Assembly: GCF_963921235.1 (NCBI RefSeq)
Contig: NC_086097.1
Coordinates: 97,528,001 to 97,592,000 of the forward strand
Direction: 5' to 3'
Length of the DNA: 64,000 nt
DNA from: Mobula hypostoma
Lineage: Eukaryota
Shown: positions 50,316 through 62,374 of the stretch, in pieces
Layout of the letters: the number at the start of each line of letters is the position of its first letter
How positions within the stretch are numbered: the first letter of the stretch is position 1
The notes under the pieces: model-generated
Databases searched by the model: none
Told to the model about the DNA's origin: nothing
What the model saw: only the letters and a program-made list of their open reading frames with translations
Translations under genes and position numbers: made by a program

Positions 50316-50424
50316 ATTTTTATCAGCTTGACCCAAACAATGAAGATGTTAAAACTGAGAAGGAATGTTGTGAAGCTGTCCTTATACAGACATTTCACGA
50401 ACACACTTATCTTCGCTGTCATAG
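50316..50424 (+). CDS. TMEM87A: TMEM87A exon 13 ([36 protein letters not shown])
   Basis: Near-identical to human; AC acceptor, G|gtaagt donor, 109 nt. Confidence 0.95.
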
Positions 50425-50759
50425 GTAAGTTTAAAAATTGCTCATGCTTGGTGTTTCTGGGTGGCCTAACTACACACTATCGAACCACTAAATCTCTCAT
50501 TTTAGGGTATCTCCGGCATGGACTGACTAGTTGAATAGAAAGAGCTACACCAGTGAAACATAGGTTATGTCAGTCGAGGTATCAAGACTTGGCTGCCAGT
50601 TGTGAGGGCAAGGGCAATTTGCTCACTGATGGGACAGTTCTAGGGCATTTGCAAGTAGGAAGAAAAAGATGCAATTGCAAGTTAGCTGAGAAGGTTAGGA
50701 AGTTTTGGGGTCAGGTTTAAGAAGCTTAAAGATAGATGAACATGGCAAGTAAAATATAT

Positions 50760-51646
50760 TGTTACGTACCCCGTAACTGGGTTGCCAAACCAGCAGAAAT
50801 GGACCACTCAGTTGGAGTCTGGATTACTGGAACTAAGAAAGTTTTATTAAAGAAATAAGCAACACAGTACTCTAATAGTAAGGATATAAATGCAACAGGT
50901 TAGCAATGAATAAACACACATGTACACAGAACTAAGATAATAGGGTCAATCAGCTCTATCGCAGTCTAGGGGTAAAATGTTCAATCACAAGTGACAGAGT
51001 TCAGTTTAGTTCAGTTCACAGTAATCACCGTCGTGCCGTTGGAGAGAGAGCGAATGCTGATATTCAAATTGGATTCAACAGACCTTTGATATTCCTCGCA
51101 GTTAGCTTTTGGGCGAGCCCTTTGTAATGTCTTCTGAGGTCGCCGACTGTGACCCCTCCGTTTCGGATACGATCGTTCTTCAGCGGTGAACCCGGCACCC
51201 AGGCAAGGGCGGACACACACCAGGTCCCCGCCGACCGTATCTTTCCACCCTGTGAGTCTATGGCGGGTCCCGCGACCAGACCTCCGAAACTCCCACCGAC
51301 TTGGGGGGGGGGCGCACCGCTTCCAGGGTCTCGTTACCTCGTGGTGTCGTGTGTGGTGTCTTAGCGAACCTGCCCCTTTTTATCCCCCTGCTGGGGTATC
51401 GCCTGTCCATCACACTTCAAACAGTTCAGGGTTCAAAAGGAGCCGGTCTTGACAATACTCAGACGGGTGTCTCCTTCCGTTAAACTCTCTCGTCTCTTCA
51501 TTAACATTTCCAAATGCTGCTCCATTGTCTTACTTATCTCTCTCTCCTGAAGACAGGTGGCAGATCAACTGTTGATCCCACTGGTGCTAGCACAGGACAG
51601 TTAACATCTTAGTCTATGTGTACTTTCGTAACCCTCTTTCGTCACA
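50760..51646 (-). mobile_element. Probable solo LTR (887 bp)
   Basis: TGTTACG...CGTCACA termini; 4-bp flanks ATAT/GTAT; CpG-rich interior; minus-strand GATAAAAA at 51377-51384 and AATAAA at 50843-50848. Confidence 0.7.
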
Positions 51647-52309
51647 GTATGTACAAAAGCCTGACTTGTGAACAGTCTGTGTATGCAATGAGCACCTGGA
51701 AGTCAGCTGCTTCAGGCAGCTTCTGACATCTCGAACTTGGTTCGCAGCCCATTTCTGACTAATGAACTATATTGGCTATGCACACAATGTGCTGGAGGAG
51801 CTCAGCAGGTCAGGCAGCAGCTGTGGATGGGAATGAACAGTTGACATTTCAGGCTGAGACTCTTCATTGGGTTACAAAAAGGTTCACAGAAATGGAACCC
51901 TGTCATAACCTGGTGGTAATGTGGTATTGGATGTCTTACTCAACATTGGTGCTAAGGTAAATGGATTAAACTTGTCTGATGAGGTGATAAATCAAATACA
52001 TTTTCTTAGTTATGTAGAATTGGCACCACAGTTGTACATAATATCCTCTGTTCCACCAGTGTTAGGAAGCTGAAAATCTGCAAAAGTAGCCAAGAGCAAA
52101 AATACTAACTGGCAAATAGTTGATAGATGCAAACATAATTTCTAAAGAAACTGTTTAAATTTCAACAGCATAGGAGCATTCCCCAAAAATGAAGTGGTTA
52201 AAGATTCACAAAATGTTAAACTACATCTTTTTCTTCCTCCATAGATGCTGCCCAGCCTACTGAGTATTTTCAGCAATTTCTGTTTTTCATTTCAGATTTC
52301 CAGGTGGCA

Positions 52310-55300
52310 CAGTAGGTAGGAAGCTGAAAAGCAGGACCTCTAGGGTAGTAATCTCAGGATTGCTGTCTGTGCCACGTGCTAGCGAGTGCAAGAATAGCAT
52401 GATAAGACGTATTAATGTGTGGCTGAGGGACTGGTGTAGGGGGCAGGGCTTCAGATTCCTGGATCATTGGGGCCTCTACTGGGGGAGGTACAATCTGTAC
52501 AAAAAGGGCGGGTTACACCTAAACCCAAAGGGGTCCAATATCCTAGTGGGCACATTTAATAGAGCTGTTAGGGCGTGTTTAAACTAATTTGGCCGGGGGA
52601 TGAGAACTGGAGTGATAGGGTTGAGGAAGGGAAAAACAGAAATAAATCAAAGGTAGCATGCAACAGAGATAATAAAAAGAACAGGCAGGAGATGAGGCTT
52701 AATCATAGCCAGTGGGATGAGTTACAGGGCAATAGAGGCATGGTGCAGTTAAAACAGAAAGCAACAAATACTGGACTGAGAGTGTTGTATTTGAATGCAC
52801 GAAGCATAAGGAATAAAATGGACGATCTTGAAATTCAGCTACAGATTAGCAAATATGACATTGTGGCCAACTCTGAAACTTGGCTAAAGGATGGCTGCCA
52901 TTGGGAGCTGAATGTCCAAGGATATACGGTGTATCAGAAAAATAGGTTAGTAGTTAGAAGGGGTGGTGTGGCTCTGTGTATAAGAAATAATATTAAATCA
53001 TTAGAAAAAGATGACATGGGATTGGAAGGTGTAGAGTCTCTAAGGGTTGAGCGAAGAAATGGCAAGGGTAAAAGGACCCCTAATGGCAGTTGTATACAGG
53101 CCTCCAAACAGCAGCCGGGATGTAGATTACAAATTACAGCAGGAGATAGAAAAGGCGTGTCAGAAAGGCAATGTCATGATAATCGTTGGGGATTTTAACA
53201 GAAAGTGGATTGGGAAAACCAGGTCAGTACTGGACCTCAGGAGAGAGAATTTGTAGAATGGCTATGGGATGGCTTTTTAGAACAGATTATTGAGCCCAAG
53301 AGGGGATCGGCTGTGCTGGATTGTGTGTTGTGCAATGATCTGGAGGTGATAAGAGAGCTTAAGGTAAAGAACCCTTAGGGAACAGTGATCACAATATGAT
53401 CAGGTTCACATTGAAATTTGAGAGGGAAAAACTAAAATCTAATGTGTCGGTATTTCAGTGGAATAAAGGAAATTGCAATGGCATGAGAGGGGAACTGACC
53501 GAAGTTGACTGGAAAGGGACATTTGCAGGAAGGACAGCAGAACAGCAATGGCTGGAGTTTCTGTGAAAAATGAGGGAACTTCAAGACAGATATATTCCAA
53601 GTAGGAAAAAATTTTCAAAGGGAAGAAGGACACTACCATGGCTGACGAGTGAAGTCAAAGCCGAAGTAAAAGCAAAAGGGAGGGCATACAAGGAAGCCAG
53701 AGCTAGTGGGAAGATAGAGGATTGGGATGCTTTTAAAAACTTGCAGAAGGAGACTCAGAAGGTCATTAGGAAGGAAAAGATGAATTATGAAAGGAAGCTG
53801 GCAACTAATATCAAAGAAGATACTAAAAGCTTTAAGTACGTAAAAGGTCGAGGATAGGACCAATACAAAGTTATGCTGGAGATATTGTAATGAGAGATGG
53901 AGAGATGCAGAGATGGCAGAGGAACGGATTGCATATTTTGCATCAGTCTTCACAGTAGAAGACGTCTGCAGTATACAGGACATTCAAGGGTGTCAGGGAA
54001 GTGAAGATTGTGCAGTGAAAATTACGACTGAGGAGGTGCTCAGGAAACTTAATGGTCTGAAGGTGGATAAATCTCCTGGACCTAATGGAATTCACCCTCG
54101 GATTCTGAAGGAAGTAGCTGGAGAGATTACGGAGGCATTAATGATGATCTTTCAAAATGGATAGATTCTGGCATTGTAGCAGATGACTGGAAAATTGCAA
54201 ATGTCGCTCCGCTATTTAAGAAGGGTGGGAGGCAACAGAAAGGAAACTATAGACCTGTTAGCTTGACATCAGTGGTTGGAAAATTGTTGGAATTGATTGT
54301 TAAGGATGAAATTACAGAGTACCTGGAGACACATGACAAGATAGGCCAAAACCAGCATGGTTTCCTGAAAGGAAAATCCTGCCTGACAAACAATTCTTTG
54401 AGGAAATTACAAGCAGGGTAGACAAAGGAGATGTAGTGGGCGTGGTGTACTTGGATTTTCAGAAGGCCTTTGACAAGGTGCCGCATGTGAGGCTGTTTAG
54501 CAAGATAAGAGCCTATGGAATTACAGGGAAGTTACTAGCGTGGGTGGAGAATTGATTGGTCGGCAAAAAACAGAGAGTGGGAATAAAGGGATCCTATTCT
54601 GGCTGGCTGCCGGTTACCAGTGGAGTTCCACAGGGGTTGGTGTTGGGACCACTGCTTTTTACAATGTAGGTCAATGATTTGGACAATGGGATTAATGGAT
54701 TTGTGGCTAAATTTGCCCATGATACAAAGATAGGTGGAGGAACAGGTAGTGTTGAGGGAACAGAGAGCCTACAGAGAGACTTAGATAGTTTCGGGGAATG
54801 AGGGAAGAAATGGCAAATGAAATACAATGTTGGAAAGTGTATAGTCATGCACTTTGATGGAAGAAATAAATGGGCAGACTATTATTTAGATGGGGAGAGA
54901 ATTCAAACTACAGAGATACAAAAGGACTTGGGAGTCCTTGTGCAGGATACCCTAAAGATTAACCTCCAGTTTAGTCAGTTGCGAAGAAGGCAAATACAAG
55001 GTTGGCATTTATTTCTAGAGATATAGAATATAAGAGCAGGGATGTGATGTTGAGGATCTATAAGGCACTCGTGAGACCACGCGGAGTATTGTGTGCAGTT
55101 TTGGGCTCCTTATTTTAGAAAGGATATATTGACATTGGAAAGGGTTTAGAGAATATTCACAAGAATGATTCCAGGAATGAAAGGGTTACAGTATGAGGAA
55201 CATCTAGAAGCTCTTGGGCTGTATTCCCTGGAGGGGGGATCTCATAGAAACATTCCGAATGTTAAAAGGCCTGAACAGATTAGATATGGCAAAGTTATTT

Positions 55301-55620
55301 CCCGTGGTAGGGGATTCTAGGACAAGAGGGCATGACTTAAGGAATAAAGGACGTCCATTTAGAGCAGAGATACGGAGAAATTACTTTAGTTAGAGGGTGG
55401 TAAATCTGTGGAATTTGTTGCCAAAGTGGCTGTGGAGGCGAAGTCTTTGGGTGCATTTAAGGCAGAGATAGATAGGTTCTTGATTAGCCAGGCATCAAAG
55501 GGTACGGGGTGAAGGCAGGGGAGTGGGGATGACTGGAAGAATTGGATCAGCCCATGATTGAATGGCGGAGCAGTCTCAATGGGCCGAATGGCCAACTACT
55601 CCTATTTCTGATGGTCTTAT
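52310..55620 (+). mobile_element. CR1 LINE, ORF1 esterase end plus whole degenerate ORF2 (APE endonuclease and RT)
   Basis: GLHLNPKG; LYLNARSIRNK..SETWL; VYRPPNS..GDFN; KSPGPNGIHPRILKE; RT motifs with stops. Confidence 0.92.
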
Positions 55621-56099
55621 CGTAGTATAATCGTTAGTACAACACTTTACAGTACAGGTGACCTGGGTTCAATTCCCTCCGCTGCCTATAAGGAATTGTA
55701 TGTTCTCCTGTGAAAGCATGGGTTTTCTCCGGGTGCTCTGGTTTCCTCCCACAGCCCAAAGACATACCGGTTGGTAGGTTAATTGGTCATTGTAAATTGT
55801 CCTGTGATTGGGCTAGGATTAAATCAGGGGATTGCTGGGTAGTGTGGCTCAAAAGTCCTGAAGGGCTACTTTTATACTCTATCTCAATAAATAAAATAAA
55901 GCATCTACAACTTTGTTTTGGGTTATGGGCTGACTTCATCTGAGTAAATGAATCCTATTGCAGAATATGCCACTGGTGTTGCTGATTTACTTAAGAATGG
56001 CATGGTACAAACTGAAAGAGGATTGGATATATTACTGCAACACACATCAAAGTTGCTGGTGAATGCAGCAGGCCAGGCAGCATCTCTAGGAAGAGGTGC

Positions 56100-56135
56100 A
56101 GTCGACGTTTCAGGCCGAGACCCTTCGTCAGGACT
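56100..56135 (-). ncRNA. Minimal type I hammerhead ribozyme motif
   Basis: Minus strand AGTC-CTGACGA-AGGGTCTCGGCCT-GAAA-CGTC-GACT. Confidence 0.75.
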
Positions 56136-58200
56136 AACTGAAGGAAGAGTGAGTAAGGGATTTGAAAGTGGGAGGGGGAGGGGGAGATCCAAAATGATAG
56201 GAGAAGACAGGAGGGGGAGGGATGGAGCCAAGAGCTGGACAGGTGATAGGCAAAAGGGATACGAGAGGATCATGGGACAGGAGGTCCGGGGAGAAAGACA
56301 AGTGGGGGGGGAACCAGAGGATGGGCAAGGGGTATATTCAGAGGGACAGAGGGAGAAAAAGGAGAGTGAGAGAAAGAATGTGTGTATAAAAATAAGTAAC
56401 AGATGGGTTACAAGGGGGAGGTGGGGCATTAGCGGAAGTTTGAGAAGTCGATGTTCATGCCATCAGGTTGGAGGCTACCCAGACGGAATATAAGGTGTTG
56501 TTCCTCCAACCTGAGTGTGGCTTCATCTTTACAGTAGAGGAGGCCGTGGATAGACATGTCAGAATGGGAATGGGATGTGGAATTAAAATGTGTGGCCACT
56601 GGGAGATCCTGCTTTCTCTGGCGGACAGAGCGTAGGTGTTCAGCAAAGCGGTCTCCCAGTCTGCGTCGGGTCTCGCCAATATATAAAAGGCCACATCGGG
56701 AGCACCGGACGCAGTATATCACCCCAGCCAACTCACAGGTGAAGTGTTGCCTCACCTGGAAGGACTGTTTGGGGCCCTGAATGGTGGTAAGGGAGGAAGT
56801 GTAAGGGCATGTGTAGCACTTGTTCCGCTTACACGGATAAGTGTCAGGAGGGAGATCAGTGGGGAGGGATGGGGGGGACGAATGGACAAGGGAGTTGCGT
56901 AGGGAGCGATCCCTGCAGAATGCAGGGGGGGGGAGGGAAAGATGTGCTTAGTGGTGGGATCCCGTTGGAGGTGGCAGAAGTTACGGAGAATAATATGTTG
57001 GACCTGGAGGCTGGTGGGGTGGTAGGTGAGGACCAGGGGAACCCTATTCCTAGTGGGGTGGCGGGAGGATAGAGTGAGAGCAGATGTTCGTGAAGTGGGG
57101 GAGATGCGTTTAAGAACAGAGTTGATAGTGGAGGAAGGGAAGTCCCTTTCTTTTAAAAAAAGGAAGACATCTCCCTCGTCCTAGAATGAAAAGCCTCATC
57201 CTGAGAGCAGATGCGGCGGAGACGGAGGAATTGCGAGAAGGGGATGGCGTTTTTGCAAGAGACAGGGTGAGAAGAGGAATAGTCCAGATCGCTGTGAGAG
57301 TCAGTAGGCTTATAGTAGACATCAGTGGATAAGCTGTCTCCAGAGACAGAGACAGAAAGATCTAGAAAGGGGAGGGAGGTGTCGGAAAAGGACCAGGTAA
57401 ACTTGAGGGCAGGGTGAAAGTTGGAGGCAAAGTTAATAAAGTCAACGAGCTCTGCATGCGTGCTGGAAGCAGAGCCAATGCAGTCGTTGATGTAGCGAAG
57501 GAAAAGTGGGGGACAGATACCAGAATAGGCTCAGAACAGATTGTTCACAAAGCCAACGAAAAGGCAGGCATAGCTAGGACCCATACGGGTACCCATAGCT
57601 ACACCTTTAGTTTGGAGGAAGTGGGAGGAGCCAAAGGAGAAATTATTAAGAGTAAGGACTAATTCCGCTAGACGGAGCAGAGTGGTGGTAGAGGGGAACT
57701 GATTAGGTCTGGAATCCAAAAATTATTAAGAGTAAGGACTAATTAAAAACACTCAGGTTGGAGGAACAACACCTTATCTTCCGTCTGGGTAGCCTCCAAC
57801 CTGATGGCATGAACATCACACTCAGGTTGGAGGAACAACGCCTTATATTCCGTCTGGGTAGCCTCCAACCTGATGGCATGAACATCGACTTCTCTAACTT
57901 CTGCTAATGCCCCACCTCCCCCTCGTACCCCATCTGTTACTTAATTTTATACACACATTCTTTCTCTCACTCTCCTTTTTCTCCCTCTGTCCCTCTGAAT
58001 ATACCCCTTGCCCATCCTCTGGGTGCCCCCCCCCCCGTCTTTCTTCCCGGACCTCCTGTCCCATGATCCTCTCGTATCCCTTTTGCCAATCACCTGTCCA
58101 GCTCTTGGCTCCATCCCTCCCCCTCCTGTCTTCTCCTATCATTTTGGATCTCCCCCTCCCCCTCCAACTTTCAAATCCCTTACTCACTCTTCCTTCAGTT

Positions 58201-58236
58201 AGTCCTGACGAAGGGTCTCGGCCTGAAACATCGACT
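58201..58236 (+). ncRNA. Hammerhead motif with G>A change (GAAACATC; ACGT palindrome lost)
   Basis: AGTC-CTGACGA-AGGGTCTCGGCCT-GAAA-CATC-GACT. Confidence 0.6.
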
Positions 58237-58508
58237 GCACCTCTTCCTAGAGATGCTGCCTGGCCTGCTGCGTTCACCAGCAACTTTTATGTGTGTTGCT
58301 TGAATTTCCAGCATCTGCAGAATTCCTGTTGTTTGGATATATTACTGATTCCTTTTCAGTTCTATTCACATTAAAAATTAACTCTGTAATCCATTCCCGT
58401 TTCTAAGGAGATGCTTGTAAAAAGATTTTGCTAGGTAGATATTGGGGCAGGATGTCCTCTTGAAGAATACTTTGTTGATTTATGATGTTCACAATTCCTT
58501 TTCTACAG

Positions 58509-58567
58509 CATCAATATTTTTCATCATTTGGACAACAAAGAAGTTCCGGCTTGCAGACTGTCAATCG
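58509..58567 (+). CDS. TMEM87A: TMEM87A exon 14 (ASIFFIIWTTKKFRLADCQS)
   Basis: ttctacag| ... TCG|gtaagt, 59 nt. Confidence 0.95.
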
Positions 58568-58777
58568 GTAAGTTCTATAAACTGTTGTGTATGGACTTCA
58601 TGTAGAATGGTTCTGACACTCCTGTCTTGTGCCATTTTCCTTGAAGGTGCCATCTCCCAATAACTTGGAACAAAATCCTGAGTCGATTCTTTTTATCTCA
58701 TTTACACCCACCTGAGACAGTTCAGCTACGCACTCTTATCACGAGAGAAGAAAAACTACTTATCCTGGAATTGGAGG

Positions 58778-60535
58778 GCATAGAAATATAGAAAACCTAC
58801 AGCACAGTACAGGCCTTTTGGCCCACAAAGCTGTGCCGAACATGTCTTCACCGTAGAACTACCTAGGCTTACCCATAGCCCTCTATTTTGCTAAGCTCCA
58901 TGTATCCATCCAGGAGTCTCTTAAAAGACCCTATTATTTCTGCCTCCACCACCACCGCTGGCAGCCCATTCCACGCACTCACCACTCTGCATAAAAAAGC
59001 TTACCCCTGACATCTCCTCTGTACCTACTTCCAAGCACCTTAAAACTATGCCGTCTCGTGCTAGCCATTTCAGCCCTGGGGAAGAAGCCTCTGTCTATCC
59101 ACACAATCAATGCCTCTGATTATCTTGTACACCTCTGTCAGGTCACCTCTCATCCTCCGTCGCTCCAGGGAGAAAAGGCTGAGTTCACTCAACCTATTCT
59201 CATAAGGCATGCTCCCCAATGCAGGCAACATTCTTGTAAATCTCTTCTGCACCCTTTCTATGGTTTCCACATCCTTCCCGTAGTGAGGCGACCAGAATTG
59301 AACACAGTACTCCAGGTGGGGTCTCACCAGGGTCCTATATAGCTGCGACATTACCTCTCAGCTCTTAAACTCAATCCCACGATTGATGAAGGTGAACGCA
59401 CAGTATGCCTTCTTAACTACAGAGTCAACCTGCATAGCAGCTTTGAGTGTCCTATAGACTTGGACCCCAAGATCCTTCTGATCCTCCATACTACCAAGAG
59501 TCTTGCCATTAATGCTATATTCTGCCATCATATTTGACCTACCAAAATGAACTACCTCACACTTATCTGGGTTGAACTTCATCTGCCACTTCTCAGCCCA
59601 GTTTTGTATCCTATCAATGTCCCGCTGTAACCTCCAACAGCCCTCCACACTATCCACAACACCCCCAACCTTTGTGTCATCAGCAAATTTACTAACCCAT
59701 CCCTCCACTTCCTTGTCCAGGTCACTTATAAAAATCACAAAGAGTAGGGGTCCCAGAACAGATCTCTGAGGCACACCACTGGTCACCAGCCTCCATGCAG
59801 AATATGACCCGTCTACAACCACTCTTTACCTTCTGTAGGCAAGCCAGTTCTGGATCCACAAAGCAATGTTCCCTTAGATCCCATGCCTTCTTACTTTCTC
59901 AATAAGCCTTGTGTGGGGTACTTATGAAATGCCTTGCTGAAATCCATATACACTACATCTACTGCTCTACCTTCATCAATGTGTTTCGTCATATCCTCAA
60001 AAAATTCAACCAGGCTCATAAGGCATGACCTGTCTTTGACAAAGCCATTCTGACTATTCCTAATCATATTATACCTCTCCAAATGTTCATAAATACTGCC
60101 TCTCAGGATCTTCTCCATCAACTTACCAACCACTGAAGTAGGACTCACTGGTCTTTAATTTCCTGGGCTATCCCTACTCCCTTTCTTGAATAAGGAAACA
60201 AGATCTACAACCCTCCAATCCTCCGGAACCTCTCCTGTCCACATTGATGATGCAAAGATTATCGCCAGAGGCACAGTAATCTCCTCCCTCACTTCCCACA
60301 ATAGCCTGGGGTACATCCCGTCTGGTCCCGGTGACTTATCCAACTTAATGCTTTCCAAAAGCTCCAGCACATCCTCTTCCTTAATATCTACATGCTTAAG
60401 CTTTTCAGTTTGCTGCAAATCATCCCTACAATCGCCAAGATCCTTTTCTGTAGTGAATACTGAAGCAAAGTTTTAAGTACCTCTGCCATCTCCTCCGGTT
60501 CCGTACACACTTTTCCACTGTCACACTTGATTGGC
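58778..60535 (-). mobile_element. CR1 LINE 3' fragment (RT)
   Basis: VYMDFSKAF, SGVPQRSVLGPLLF, KFADDTK and [15 protein letters not shown] motifs. Confidence 0.93.
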
Positions 60536-61775
60536 ATCTTTATTCTAGCTACTGGTGTTGATGCCAAGTCCCCAACGTTGTTTGTTGTTACCCTTTATGC
60601 TCTGTATACGTCCCATCACTTCAAAAACTGTTCAGTTACGAAGAGGTTACTTTTCTATGGTGCTGCTCAGCTTTTGGAAAGGACATCAAAATTCTAGCAT
60701 TCCTAAAAACTGGAGTATTCTTTGCTTTGCATCTTCAGTTTAAAATTATAGTTTGCCGGTTATTAATCATGGATGCATTGTTAATTATTTCCAGACCAGT
60801 TAACTTCTTACCCTGTCCTGGTTTGGTCCCATTAAGCCTTCCATTGATTAGACATGGAAGAGGATTAATATCTGTGAATTTTGGCAGACTTAATTCATGG
60901 TTCATTTGAAAACATTTTCTGTAAGTGATCAGTTATGGGATGAAAAGTTTTGGCTTTTAAATTTGGTTTTCTTTTTCAGTAACAGATATCCAAAGTTACA
61001 GGATTAAAGATAATGGTAAAGTCGTTGCCCTACTTCACTAACAGTGCCCTTTGTGGTTCTACCGCAAGAATGTCTCACACCTGTCCATCAAAGGCTTGTG
61101 TGCTGTCAGCTCTTGTCAATCAGGGCAGCATTTGTGTCCCTGCAACTGGTCACAATAAACACGAGTTCAAAAATGAGCAAAATCTGAGGCAGAATCTCTC
61201 TTAGTGTATTGCATAACCACAACGCATTCAACATCATCTAAGCTAATTCAGTCAACCAACCTTCTGCAAGTAAACATACTCCTTTTCGACTCATTTTAGC
61301 GATTTTCTTTTGGAGATTGGAGTAACTTGTGGAAAACCCCAGCTACTCCCAGTCCCTCTCCCTTGAGGTTGAGATATGAAATGAAGGTTATGGTTGGTGT
61401 TTGGGTGTTGCTATGCAATTACATTTGAAACATATTACTAGAAAAAACTTTGTATTTAACCTTCAACCTTAACCCACTTTTACAGGGGCACTCCTTAATC
61501 AAAGCAGTGTGTTAAGAGGAGTACACTGCTGATGGAATCATCCCCAGGATGTTATTTGGTTCTACTTATCTAATGAAGGAATTTCATTCTTGAGAAAAGT
61601 TTTTGTTAGCAAAATTTTGTAGTTCAATCAAACTGGACAAAATGTATTAAAGGTATCTTGCTGGTTTGTATTATGCCCACTCAATCAATAAATACAATCA
61701 TGTGTTGAGGACAGATAGTATAGAAACCCAAAGAGCAAAAATTGAAGCGGGCACTTATTTTCTATGTTCCTGTAG

Positions 61776-61879
61776 GACTGGAGAGAACGGTGGATAGATG
61801 ATGCATTCTGGCGATTGCTCTTTTCTGTCATCCTGTTGGTCATCATCATCTTGTGGAGGCCATCAGCAAACAACCAAAG
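61776..61879 (+). CDS. TMEM87A: TMEM87A exon 15 ([35 protein letters not shown]); gene continues beyond window
   Basis: cctgtag| ... AG|gtttga, 104 nt, family signature [10 protein letters not shown]. Confidence 0.96.
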
Positions 61880-62374
61880 GTTTGAGTGTCATTTTTGGCA
61901 ATCCTTTTCCGGGTGCTTTTGCTCAAGCTGAGGAATAACAATATTGAGAGTACAGGTGGCACATGGTACGTAAGAGTGGGTGAATTGCGGCTGGTGTAAG
62001 TGGGCACAGCTTGTGCCAACACATAACTTAAGAGGTGGAGTATTGCCAAAGTACAGAAGAAAAACTCAACTGGAGAATTATCACCTCTTGTCTGTTGCCA
62101 ACAGCTGGTTATAAAATGATATAGGCAGAAATGTGTGTAACAGAATGTTATTTTCTTTCAGTGGGAAATCAGAAAATTTGATAATTTCATTAGGTTAATA
62201 GCTCATTGCTTGGCCAGCTGAAACTTGGCCTGTTGAAAATTCTTTCCTTCACTCGTTATAAAATGTGGGCTATGGAAACTGAGGAAATATTGATTACCTG
62301 TTTGCAAGTGTGTGTGTGTGTGTGTGTTGCACCAACAAATACAAAGTGCATATCCCCACTTGCGCAGAATTGCA

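Larger units (their letters stand above)
56038..58332 (-). mobile_element. Penelope-like element with inverted terminal architecture (RT fragment, GIY-YIG, inverted pLTR)
   Basis: LTLNNFSF..QTKGVAMGTRMGPSYA (RT); intact GIY-YIG ORF at 56429-56755; 56038-~56520 is inverted against ~57818-58298; TSD TTGGATATATTACTG at 56023-56037 and 58333-58347. Confidence 0.93.

Noticed and set aside
36196..61879. Assignment to TMEM87B or GPR107/108
   Set aside because: Diagnostic segments ([45 protein letters not shown]) match TMEM87A better; a phylogeny would confirm.
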